Positions 1 to 12,000 of a stretch of DNA of 64,000 nt are shown here, piece after piece; positions within the stretch are counted from its first letter, which is position 1; the number at the start of each line of letters is the position of its first letter. Source of the DNA: an uncultured Victivallales bacterium (lineage in GTDB: Bacteria > Verrucomicrobiota > Lentisphaeria > Oligosphaerales > JABHEG01); NCBI GenBank assembly GCA_964607765.1, contig CAZSNT010000021.1, positions 10,837 to 74,836 on the forward strand, written 5' to 3'. Below the pieces are notes generated by a model. The model searched no databases. It worked only from the letters and a program-made list of their open reading frames with translations, and was not told the DNA's origin. The translations under genes and the position numbers were made by a program.

Positions 1-3000
1 GAACACCGTCAGCACATCGTGCTCGGTCAGCGCCGGAACATCGTTCACCTTGATCGGAATCGTCTCTGTCGCCGACTGCGCGCCGCCCTTGCCCGGGCCG
101 CCGTTGTCGGTCGCCTCAATCGTCAACGTGTCGACGAAGTAGGAGAGCGGCGCCGCGTCGGCAGCCGGACGGTACAGCAGCGTGGCCAACGTGGCATTCA
201 AGTCCCCGAGCACACCCACCAGCTCCAGCGTAGCCGTGCCGTTGCCGGAGGCCTGGACGCTGCCCTGCGGCACCACGACCAGGACGGCGTTGGAAGCCTG
301 CTGTGCCAGGCTCAACGTCACCGTCATGGGACGGGCATCGGCATCGCCGTCGGACAGCACCACACTGTCGACAGCCAGCTCTACGCCCTCATTCGTCTCC
401 AGCGAGGCGGGAACACTCAGCTGCGGTGTGTCGTTCACCGGGTCAACCAGGATCGTGAACGAGCCCGTGACACTGCCGCCATTCGCATCGCGAACGGTGA
501 AGTCGAAACTGTCAGAGACCGTCTCGCTGCCGTCGTGCGCGTAACTGATTCTGGCCGCGTCCAGATCGGCCTGCGTGAAGGTGTCGCCCTGGCTCAACGC
601 TGCGCCGTCGCGGAACAGCGTGCCCGAGGCGGGAAGTGCGTCGAGCGTGTAGGTCAGCTCGGCAGCACCGTTGTCGGCGTCCGCGGCCGTCAGCATGTCG
701 CCCGTGATCACCGCCGTCTGTCCCTCGACCACCGTGGCAGTCAGGGCAACACTGTCAGCCGCAATGATCGAGATGTTGCCCGTGCCGGACCGGACGGTCG
801 CGCTGACAATGACGTCGCGGCCCGCGCCCTGAGCGCGGATCAGGATGTTGCCGGAGCCGTCTGCAACGATGTCGCGGGCAACCGTGATACTGCCGCTGTC
901 CGGGGTCGTCTGCACCACAATCGTGCCGTTCGCCGTGGTGGCCAACCCGGCCAGGGCAGCCACGTCCTGCTCGACGAACACCGTGCCGTCCAGCGCCATC
1001 CGCTGCACCGGGACCGTGCCCACCGTGCCAACCGTCAAGTCGTCGGCCTCGAGCACGTTGATGCCGCCCGCGCCGGCCGATGCGACCAGAACCCCGACCG
1101 CTGTGTCGATCGCGTCCGACGTGCCCACGCCCAGTGCGCCAACCCCGACCGCGGCGACCATGCGCAGTTCGGCAGCCGTGATGTCCACCGCACCGGCCAC
1201 GGCGTCCAGAACAGAGCCCGAAATGGCCGTGATACTGACCGAACCCGCACCCGCGTCAACCCCGGTCACACTCACGCTGTCAGCAGCAACCAGCCGGACA
1301 TTGCCACCCGCCGTGTCGATCTGTCCCGTTGCGGTGATCGCAATCGAGCCGGTGGTCGCTACAATCCGTACGGGCCCGCCCTGTGTCACCAGCTGTCCGG
1401 AGACAGTGACACTCTCGGCCTCCAGATCCACCCCGACAGCCGTCGTGGTGAAGCTGCCGTTCACAGCCAGGTGCGAACCTGACAACACCAGGATCCCGCT
1501 CAGCGGCGTCGTTGCGCCCACCGCACCATCGAACCGGATATCGCCTGCCCCGGCGACCAACGCCAGCCGGTAACCGCCGTCAACCGTGCCCTTGAACCAG
1601 ATCAGGCCGCCGGCCGCACCGGCGCCCATGCTCAACGTCACGTCGCCTGTCAGCACGACGTCGCCCGTGAACGTGATATCGTCCGCAGTCGTGGTGATGT
1701 CGCCTGCCAGATGCGTCGCACCGGCACCGTCCTGCAGGAACGCGCCGTCAAGCGTCATGTCCGCGGCCGCGGCCAGCGTCAGAATCCCCGCATTCGTCAC
1801 CGTGACACCGCCGCCTGCAGACGTGGTAACAGCGCCGCCGAATGAAACCGTGCCGGAAGCATCGATGTCCAGCCCCTGCCACGCAGTCGTGACCGCGCCA
1901 AGGAACTCGACGTCGTGCCCGTCAATCTGCAGCCCGGCCGCAGACGAAGCTGCCTGCAGGAACTCAACGTCGTGGGCGTCAATCTGCACGCCGCCCAGCG
2001 CCGCCTGGCCGCCAACCGCTGCGCCGAACGAGACATCGCCTGCCGAGCCGCTGTCAACGCGCAACAGGTGCGCACCGTCAACCGTCGCGTTGCCGTGGAA
2101 CGTGACATCCGCCCCCGCCTGGACCGTCCCGGAAGCCGTCGTATCCAGCAGCGCGCCGTCGGTCAGGGCAACCGCCCCCGTGAACGAGATGGGCGCGCCC
2201 GCGGTCACCACATCCCCGGCGATACTCACCCCGCCAGTCCCGTCCTGGGCAAACGCGCCGCCAAGGCTGAGACCGCTCGTTGCCGCGATGGTCAGAACGC
2301 CCGAGTTCGTGATCGTCACCGTGCCGCCGTTGCCCGCGGTCAGCGTGTCAACCGTGCCGTTCAGCGTCACCGCGTTGGTGATCAACGTCATGCCCGCGCC
2401 GGAGGCGGCCGCCAGAACGACGGGACCGCCGAACTGTGTAGTGCCGGTGCCGGCGCGCTGCGTCAGGCTGTCCGCGCTGAACGCGAGGGCCGCCGTCACA
2501 TTGCCGGCGCTCACAATCCGCACGTCGCCGAGCGCGACCACGCCGCCCACTGCGCCGGTGAAGGTGATGCCGCCCGTACCGGCGCGCAGCTGCAGGTCCT
2601 CGGCGTGTGCTGCAGAGCCGTCGAGTGTCTGCTGGAACGTGATCGCCGCGCCGGATGCCGCGCCGCTGTTCGTGGTGTCGAACAGCACGTCATGCGCATC
2701 CGTGAGAGTCACAGCAGAGCCAAAAGTGATTGCGGCCGCGGCCGTCACAATGTCACCGGCAGTCTGAACGGCGCCCGCACCGTTCTGGACGAACGCGCCG
2801 GCAAGCGTCATGTCAGCGCCCGGAGCGATGTCCAGCAGGCCGGCATTGGTGACGGTGACCGTGCCGCCGTTGCCGCCCGCCAGCGTATCGATCGTGTCGT
2901 TCAGCGTCACCGTGTTCGTGGTCAGGGCCAGGCCCGCACCGGTCGAAGCGTTCAGCACGACCGGGCCGTCGAACTGCGTGTCGCCCGTGCCGGACTGCTG

Positions 3001-6000
3001 GGTGAAGCTGTCTGCGGTGATTGCGGAGTCCGCAGTCACGTCGGCAGCGCTGATGATCGTGATCGCGCCCAGCGGTACCAGACTGCCCACGGCGCCGTCA
3101 AAGTCGATGTTGCCGCTGCCGGCGCGCAGCCGCAGGGCTTCCGCGTAAGGCGTCGTGCCGTCAAGCGTCTGCTGGAACGTGATCGTGGCGCCTGCAGCCG
3201 CGCCGCCGTTCGTCGTGTCCAGAAGCACGTCGTGCGCGTCAGTAACCGCAACAGGTGAGCTGAAGGTGATGGCAGCGGCATTGGTGGCCACGTCGCCCGC
3301 GGCTTGAACCGCACCCGCGCCGTTCTGGACGAACGCGCCGTCAAGCGTCATATCCGCGCCCGGGGCGATGTCCAGCAGACCGGCGTTGGTGATTGTCACC
3401 GTGCCGCCGTTGCCGCCCGCCAGCGTGTCAATCGTGCTGTTCAGAGTCACCGTGTTCGTGGTCAGGGCCAGACCGCTGCCCAGCGATGCGCGGAGCGTGA
3501 CGGGCGCATCGAACTGCGTGTCGCCCGTGCCGGCTGCCTGCGCGATGCTGTCCGCTGTGACCGCCCCCGCGAATGTCACATCCGCCGCTGTGCCGAAGCC
3601 GATGTTGCCGATCGGAGCCGTGCCGCCGACGGCTGCAGCAAACGTGATGTTGCCCGTGCCGGAAGCCAGGCCGATGCTCTCGACGTAAGGCGTGGTTGCG
3701 TCCAGCGTACCGTTGAACGTGATGTTGCCGCCGGCCGCATCGCCCGTGGACAGCGCCACCGCGTGCGCGTCAGTAAGAACAACAGCAGCACCGAACGTGA
3801 TGTCCGCGCCGGCCGTGACGATGTCGCCGGCAGTCTGAACCGCGCCCGCGCCGTTCTGCAGGAACGCGCCGTCCAACGTCATGTCAGCACCCGCAGCGAT
3901 GTCAAGCAAGCCGGCGTTCGTGATCGTCACCGTGCCGCCGTTGCCCGCCGTCAGCGTGTCAATCGTGCTGTTCAGCGTCACCGTATTCGTGGTCAGAGCC
4001 AGGCCGACACCCGCCGATGCAGCCAACACGACCGGGCCGTCGAACTGCGTGTCGCCCGTGCCCGCATGCTGCGTGATGCTGTCCGCGGTCATTGCGACGT
4101 CCGCAGTCACATCCGCCGCGCTGACGACAGTCACATCGCCGACCGGCACCGTGCCGCCCACAACGCCGTCGAAGTCGATGTTGCCCGTGCCCGCCCGTAG
4201 CGTCACATCCTCGGCGTTGGCTGTCGTACCGTCCAACGTCCGGACAAACGTGATGGTGGCGCCCGCCGCCGCGCCGCTGTTCGTGGTATCGAACAACACC
4301 CCGTGCGCATCCGACAGCACGACAGCGCCCATGAACGTGATCGCTGCGCCGCTGGTCACAATGTCGCCGGCCGTCTGCACGCTGCCTGCGCCGTTCTGCA
4401 GGAACGCGCCGCCCAGCGTCATGTCGGCGCCCGGCGCGACGTCGAGGAGCCCGGCATTCGTGATCCTCACCGTGCCCGCGTTGCCGCCTGCGAGCGTGTC
4501 GATCGTGCTGTTCAGAGTCACCGTGTTCGTGGTCAACGCCAAACCGGTGCCCAGCGTTGCCAGGAGCACGACCGGCGCGTCAAACTGCGTGTCACCCGTG
4601 CCGGCAAGCTGCGTGATGCTGTCCGCCGTGACCGCAGCCGCGAACGTCACATCCGCGGCCGTGCTGATGCCGATGCCGCCCACGGGCACGATCGCGCCGA
4701 CCGCGGCGCTGAACGTGATGCTGCCCGTACCGGATGACAGACCAATGCTCTCGGCGTAGGGCGTGGTCCCGTCAAGGGCCGCGTTGAACGCAATGCTGCC
4801 GCCGACCGCGTCGCCCGTAGACACGGCAACCGGATGTGCGTCGGTCAGCGTCACAGCGCTCTGGAACGTGATGTCAGCACCGGCCGTGGTGATGTCGCCC
4901 GCCGTCTGCACCGCGCCCGCGCCATCCTGGAGGAACGCGCCGCCCAGACTCATATCGGCGCCCGGCGCGATGTCGAGCACGCCCGCGTTGGTGATGGTCA
5001 CCGTGCCGCCGTTGCCGGCAGCCAGCGTGTCGAGCGTGCTGTTCAGAGTCACCGTGTTCGTGGTCAGGGCCAACCCCGTGCCGGCCGAGGCATTCAACAC
5101 AACAGGCCCGTCGAACTGCGTGTCGCCCGTGCCGGACTGCTGCGTGATACTGTCCGCGCTGAGTGCGAAGTCCGCAGTGACGTCGGCCGCACCGAGGATC
5201 GTGACATCGCCCACCGGTGTGGTGCCGCCCACGACCCCGTCAAAGTCGATGTTCGCAGCGCCGGAGTTGAGACGCAGATCCTCAGCGTGCGGCGCGCTGC
5301 CGTCCAGCGTCAGTGTGAAGGTGATCGCAGCCCCGGCCGCGGCGCCCGAGTTGGTCGTGTCGAGCAGCACGTCGTGTGCGTCGGTCAGGACCACGGCCCG
5401 TTCGAACGTGATCGCAGCGCCGGCCGTGACGATGTCGCCCGCAGTCTGAACGCTTCCCGCACCGTTCTGCAGGAAGGCGCCGCCCAGCGTCATGTCCGCG
5501 CCCGGCCCGATGTCGAGCAGCCCGGCATTCGTGATCGTCACCGTACCGGCGTTGCCCGCCGTGAGCGTGTCGAGCGTGCCGTTCAGCGTCACCGTGTTCG
5601 TAGTCAACGCCAGGCCGACGCCGGCCGAGGCGTTCAACACCACGGCCCCATCGAACTGCGTGTCACCCGTGCCCGCCTGCTGCGTGATACTGTCCGCGGC
5701 GATTGCGGAGTCCGCAGTCACGTCGGCCGCACCGATAATCGTGACATCGCCCACCGGCGTGGTGCCGCCCACGGCCCCGCCGAAGTCGATGTTCCCCGCG
5801 CCCGCATTCAGACGCAGATCCTCGGCGTACGCCGTGCTGCCGTCGAGCGTCGAGCCAAAGGCAATCGCGGCACCGGCAGCCGCGCCGCCGTTCGTCGTGT
5901 CGAACAGCACGTCGTGAGCGTCGGTCAGGATCACGGCGCCCTGGAACGTGATACCGGCACCGGCGGTGACGATGTCGCCCGCGGTCTGGACGGCGCCCGC

Positions 6001-9000
6001 GCCGTCCTGCAGGAATGCGCCACCCAGGCTCATGTCAGCGGCAGACGCAATGTCGAGCAGGCCCGCGTTGGTGATCGTCACCGTACCGCCGTTGCCCGCC
6101 GTGAGCGTGTCAACCGTGCTGTTGAGCGTCACCGTGTTCGTGGTCAGAGCCAAGCCGACGCCGAGCAGCGCCCGGAGCGTGAGCGGCGCGTCGAACTGCG
6201 TGTCACCCGTACCGGCAAGCTGCGTGATGCTGTCCGCCGTGACCGCGCCGGCGAACGTCACGTCCGCAGCCGTGCCGATGCCAATGCCGCCAACCGCGAC
6301 CGCGCCGCCGATGGCAGCGTTGAAGGTGATGTTACCCGTACCTGAGGCCAGGCCGATGCTCTCGGCGTAAGGCGTGGTGCCGTCGAGCGCGGCGTTGAAC
6401 GCGATGCTGCCGCCGGCCGCGTCGCCCGTGGACAACGCAACCGCGTGCGCGTCAGTCAACGTCGCCGCGCTCTGGAAGGTGATGTCCGCGCCGGCCGTGG
6501 TGATGTCGCCCGCCGTCTGCACCGTGCCCGCGCCGTTCTGCAGGAAGGCGCCGCCCAGCGTCATGTCCGCGCCCGGCGCGATGTCAAGCAAGCCGGCGTT
6601 GGTGATCGTCACCGTGCCCGCGTTGCCGCCGGTCAACGTGTCGATCGTGCTGTTCAGCGTCACCGTATTCGTGGTCAGAGCCAGGCCGACACCAGCCGAT
6701 GCAGCCAACACGACGGGGCCATCGAGCTGCGTGTCGCCCGTGCCCGTCTGTTGCGTGATGCTGTCCGCGGCAACTGCGGAGTCCGCAGTCACATCAGTCG
6801 CGGAGGCGATGGTCACATCGCCCACCGGCGTGGCGTCGCCGACAATGCCGTCAAAGTCGACATTGCCTTCCCCAGCCCGAAGCTGCATGTCTTCGGCGTT
6901 GGCCGTCGTACCGTCCAACGCCTGGGAGAACGTGATAGTCGCGCCGGCGGCCGACGCGTCGCCATTTGTCGTATCGAAGAGCACAGCGTGCGCGTCTGTC
7001 AGGACAACATCGCCGCCGAACGTGATCGTGTCGCCGCTGGTCACGATGTCGCCCGCGGTCTGAACCGCACCCGCGCCGTTCTGCAGGAATGCGCCGTCCA
7101 ACGTCATGTCCGCGCCCGGTGCGATGTCGAGCAGACCGGCGTTGGTGATCGTCACCGTGCCGCCGTTGCCCGCCGTCAGCGTGTCGATCGTGCTGTTCAG
7201 CGTCACCGTGTTCGTGGTCAGAGCCAAGCCCACACCGGTCGACGCAAGCAACGTCACCGGTCCGTCGAACTGCGTGTCGCCCGTACCGGCATCCTGCGCA
7301 AAGGTGTCCGCCGTGATTGCGGAGTCCGCAGTCACATCCGCGGCGTTCGCAATGCCGAGGCCGCCCAGCGGCACGGAGCCGCCGACAACGCCATCGAAGT
7401 CGATGTTGCCCGTGCCCGCCGCCAGACCGAGATGCTCGGTGTAAGGCGTGGTGCCGTCAAGTGTAGAGCCGAACGTGATGGTGCCCAGGCCCAGGCCGGT
7501 TGTGAGGGCCACGGCGTGCGCGTCAGTCAGCGTCACGGCCGCACCGAACGTGATCGCGTCACCGGCCGTGGCGATGTCGCCGGCGGTCTGGACCGCGCCC
7601 GCACCGTTCTGCAGGAACGCGCCGCCCAGTGTCATGTCCGCGCCCGGCGCGATGTCGAGCAGACCGGCGTTGGTGATCGTCACCGAGCCACCGTTGCCTG
7701 CGGCCAGCGTGTCGATTGTGCTGTTCAGCGTCACCGTATTCGTGGTCACCGCCAGGCCGACGCCAGCCGACGCACGGAGCACGACCGGGCCGTCGAAGCG
7801 CGTGTTCGCCAGCCCAGCCTGCTGCGTGATGCTGTCCGCAGCAACTGCGGAGTCCGCAGTGACGCTGGCAGCATCGACGATGAGTACGTCACCTATCGGG
7901 ACGAGGCCACCGACCACGCCGTCGAAGTCCACGTTGCCCAGACCGGCGGTCAGCGTCAAGTCTTCGGCGTACGGCGCGCTGCCGTTCAGCGTTGCCATGA
8001 ACGCGACCGTGCCGCCGACCCCACTGCCCGTGCTGAGCACGACCGCGTGCGCGTCGGTCAACGTGACCGCGCTCTGGAAGGTGATGTCGCGGCCGTTCAT
8101 CACAATGTCGCCCGCGGTCTGAACCGCACCGGCGCCGTCTTGCAGGAACTTGCCGTCCAGACTCATGTCCGCGCCCGGCGCAATGTCGAGCAGGCCGGCG
8201 TTCGTCACCGTGACCGTGCCCGCGTTGCCGCCGGTCAGCGTGTCGATCGTGCTGTTCAACGTCACCGTGTTCGTGGTCAGGGCGAGGCCGACACCGGCGG
8301 ACGCCTCCAACACCACGGGGCCGTCGAACTGCGTGTCGCCCGTACCGGCCTGCTGCACAATGCTGTCCGCGGCAATTGCGGAGTCCGCAGTGACGTCCGC
8401 GGCAAGCGTGATCAGCAAGTCGCCCAGTGCCGCAGTGCCGCCGACCACACCGTCGAGGTCAACGTTGCCCAGTCCGGCGGTCAGGGTCAGGTCCTGACTG
8501 TGGGCCTGCGTACCGTCGAGGGTCGAGCCGAAGGCGATCGAGCCGCCGACTGCGTCGCCCGTGGTCAAGACGACCGCGCCGGTGAGTGTGACCGCGCCCA
8601 GGAAGGTGATGTCGTCGCCCGTAGTCGTGATGTCGCCGGCCGTACGGGCAGCCCCGGCGCCGTTCTGCAGGAACGCCCCGTCCAGGATCATGTCGGCGGC
8701 GATATCGATATCCAGCAAGGTCCCGACCGTGATGGTGACAGTGCCGTCGTTGGTCGTTGTCACCGTCTTGTTGAGTGCGACGGTGTCGGCGCTGATCGCC
8801 ACCGGACCGTCGATCCGGGCCTCGCCGTTGAGCGTCACGGTCCCGCTCGCGGCGAGCACGGAGAACGCATTCAGGTCCAGCGTGGCAGCACTGGTCGGGA
8901 AGTCAACATTCCCAGCCGTGGCAACCGTCAGGTAAGCCGGCTCGGTCTCGTCCACACCGACGCTGCCGTTGAAGGTCACATTGCCCGTTCCGGCCGTGAC

Positions 9001-12000
9001 CGTCAGGCTGTGGTCGTCGGCAAGTGCAGTACGGATGTCCGCCAGACTGACAGCACCGTCGTTCGTCGTTATCCGGCGATCGCCGGTCAGGGTCAGCGTG
9101 GACTGCGTGATCGTCACGGCAGACGCCTGGCCCGTGGTCTCGATGTCGTTGCTCAACACCACGTCACCGGCGCCGTTGAACAGCACGTTGCCAGCCGCCG
9201 TGATCTTCGCACTGACCGTTGCCGCGCCCGTATTCGTCACGGTGACGGCGCCGGAGGTCGTGCCGGTGACCGGAGCGTTGAACGTTGCCGTACCAGCTGT
9301 TGTAACGGTCAGATCCGCGGCATCGAGCGCCAGGCCGCTGCCGGCCAACTCGAAGGCGGCGGCGCTGTTGATGACCACATCCTCGGTCGACGCGGTGGCG
9401 GCCGAGCCGGTGGTGATCGTGGTATCGGCAGCAGCGGTCGTGCCGACCGTGACAGTCGCCTGCGAGGCCGTGTTGGCCATCGAACCGGCCGTTGCGGTCA
9501 GGGCGACCGCCCCGCCGCCGCTGACAGCGCCGGCAGCACCGTCGAACAACAGGTCGTTCCCGGCCGTGACATTGATCAGTCCGGCGCCCGTGGTCTGCAC
9601 CAACGCACTCAGCAGCACATCGCCCGTGGTGCTGTCAATGTCCATCTCGCCATCAGTCGTCTGCACGCCGGCATTCACATCCACGTGCCGCGCCGCGCTC
9701 AGCGTGAGCTTGCCGTTCTCGGCGGATACTGTCGCACCTACCACCAAGTCAGCGGCCGCCCCCGTGGTCTCGGCTGCGAGCGTGATGGTGCCCGCACCAG
9801 TGGTCGCCACCGCCTCACTGACGGTGAGCGACCCGTTGACCGTCCGCTGTGCGATGTTGCCGCCGCCTGCTGTGTGCCCGGCCAGCGAGCCGGCGGCGGC
9901 AGACGCCGTCGTCGTCGCAGCCGCGTTGACGCGCGCGATCTGAACGGTGCCGACCGTGCCGATGACCACAGCCGTGGCATCCGCCACGTACATGCTGCCC
10001 GTTCCCACGCTGCCCGCAATGGTCTCGACCTCGGTCTCCACTTCGTTGTCCGCGGCGCCGATGCCGATCCCCGCCGTCAGCCGCACGGAAGCGGCCGTTA
10101 CGTCGCTGGCAGTGTCGCCGGCGTTGGCGGCGTCCGTGATGCTGCCGCTCTGTGCCGCGACCCGGACCTCGCCCCACGAGGCTTGTGCCGCGCCGGTGCT
10201 CGCGTCGAGCAGGCCCAGGATGACGCCCTGCCCTGCCTCGTAGCTGATGTTGCCGCCCGTGCTCGCGGCCGAAGCTGTCGCCGCCATCGTGATCGAGCCG
10301 ACCGCAGCGAGTACGTCAATCGTGCCGCCGGCAGTCTGGATGTGTCCGGCTGCGTTCTGGGTCACGTCGCCGGTGGCCAAAACGGAGATGCTGCCCGCGT
10401 CGGTGACGGATACGGCGGCGTTGAGCGTGACGTCGCGGTCGGCGCCTTGTGCCTGCAGCAGAACATTGCCGCCGCCTGTCGCGCTGACGCCGACTCCGTC
10501 GCTCGCTGCGCCGGCGATCTGGTCGTTGTAGTCGTCAACCGTGATGCTGCCGCTGTCCGGTGTCGTGCGGAGCACGATCGAGCCGCCGCCGGTGGTCGTC
10601 AGGTCGCTCTGCGGCCCGGCAGTCACGGGGCTCAGGGCGTCGTCCGTGCCAACCTTCTGTACGGTCACAGTCACCGTGCTGACAGTGACATCGTCCGCTT
10701 CGAGCAGGTTGATGCCGCCTTGTCCGGCCACGGCCGTCACCACGTCCACAGCCGTATCGAACGGCTCCGACGTCGCCTGGCCGAGGGTGCCAATGCCAAG
10801 CTCGGCATCCAGCAGCAACCCCGCCGCGCTGACGTCGACGAACGCCTCGCCACCGTCCAGAATGCTGCCGTCCTCGGAAATCAGAGCCACGTGGCCGGCG
10901 CCGGCATCGACCCCGCCCACGGACACGTTGCCCTTGGCCTCGAGCCGGACATTGCCGCCCGCCGTGACCACGGTCGTGCTGTCAGCCATGCCGATCGCCC
11001 CGGCCACCGCGTCCAGAAGCACGGAGCCGCCCGCCGTCGTGATGCTCACCGTACCCGCCGCGGCTCCGATCACGCCGGTCCCGTCATTGTCCGGGGCGTT
11101 GGTCGCCGCAACCGGGCCGTCCTGCATGTCGTTCACCGCGGCGATGACTGTGGCAGCCCGGGTGATGCCGCCGTGGATGGCCACGGTCACGGTGCGTGTA
11201 CCGGCATCGTAGGTCGCCACAGCCGTATCGGCGGCCACGTTGGTCGTGTCCTCGACGATGCGGACCACAAGCCCGTTCTGCGCCACGCCGCCCGCGGTCG
11301 TGACAAGGGCGATGTCGTTGTCCAGTCCAGCCGACTCGAGGAGCGCTGCAGCCGGGATCGCCTCCATCCCGCTAGCCGCGACGGACGCGACGGCGCCGGC
11401 CGCATAGACCAGACCGGAGCCGTCGTTCGGCGCATCCACCGTGTTGTCCAGCGCGGCAGTGAACGTGCCGTCGGCATTGATTGCCGCAACGATCGCGTTG
11501 GCGTCCGTTTCGCCCACATTGATCCCGATTGTGAGGGTGGTGGAGTCGGCGTCGTAGGTTACGTCCGCGTCGTTGCCCGTCACCGGGGCGTCGACCAGCA
11601 GGAGGGTAATGGTATCGCTGTTCGGGGTGGCGCCGGCCCAGGTCACGCGCACGTCATTATTTGTACCGAGCGCATACAGCACGGCGCTGTTGGTGAGCGT
11701 CACGCGGCCCAGGTGAGCCTGCGCTGACACCAAGTTGCTGCCGTCGTTGTCCGCATCACTCGTCGTGTCGAGCGTCGCAGTGAACGTGCCCTCGGCGTTG
11801 ACAGCAGCGACCACGGCGTTGGCGGTCGTCTTTCGCGGCTCGATTGTCCCCGTGCCGTCGTTGTCCGCGTCGTTGGTCGTGTCCAGCGTTGCAGTGAACG
11901 TGCCCTCGGCGGTCACGGCAGTCACCACTGCAGCGGCTGTGGTCACGCCGGGATTGATGCCGATGGTCAACGTGTTGCCGGCTTCGTCGTAACTGACAGA

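Noticed and set aside
2810-8497. Family of plus-strand ORFs beginning MSAPGAMSSRPALVIVTVPPLP... that recurs every ~535 nt and could be mistaken for a multigene family
   Set aside because: They are the +2-frame antisense read-through of the ~180-aa tandem repeats (Pro/Ser/Ala/Val/Thr-rich, no start context). Their periodicity only mirrors the coding repeat on the other strand.
1500-8800. Possible CRISPR array or non-coding satellite, given the regular direct repeats
   Set aside because: The period is ~535 nt with no short repeat/unique-spacer structure. The repeats are in frame, stop-free and translate to conserved protein units, so this is a coding tandem repeat.
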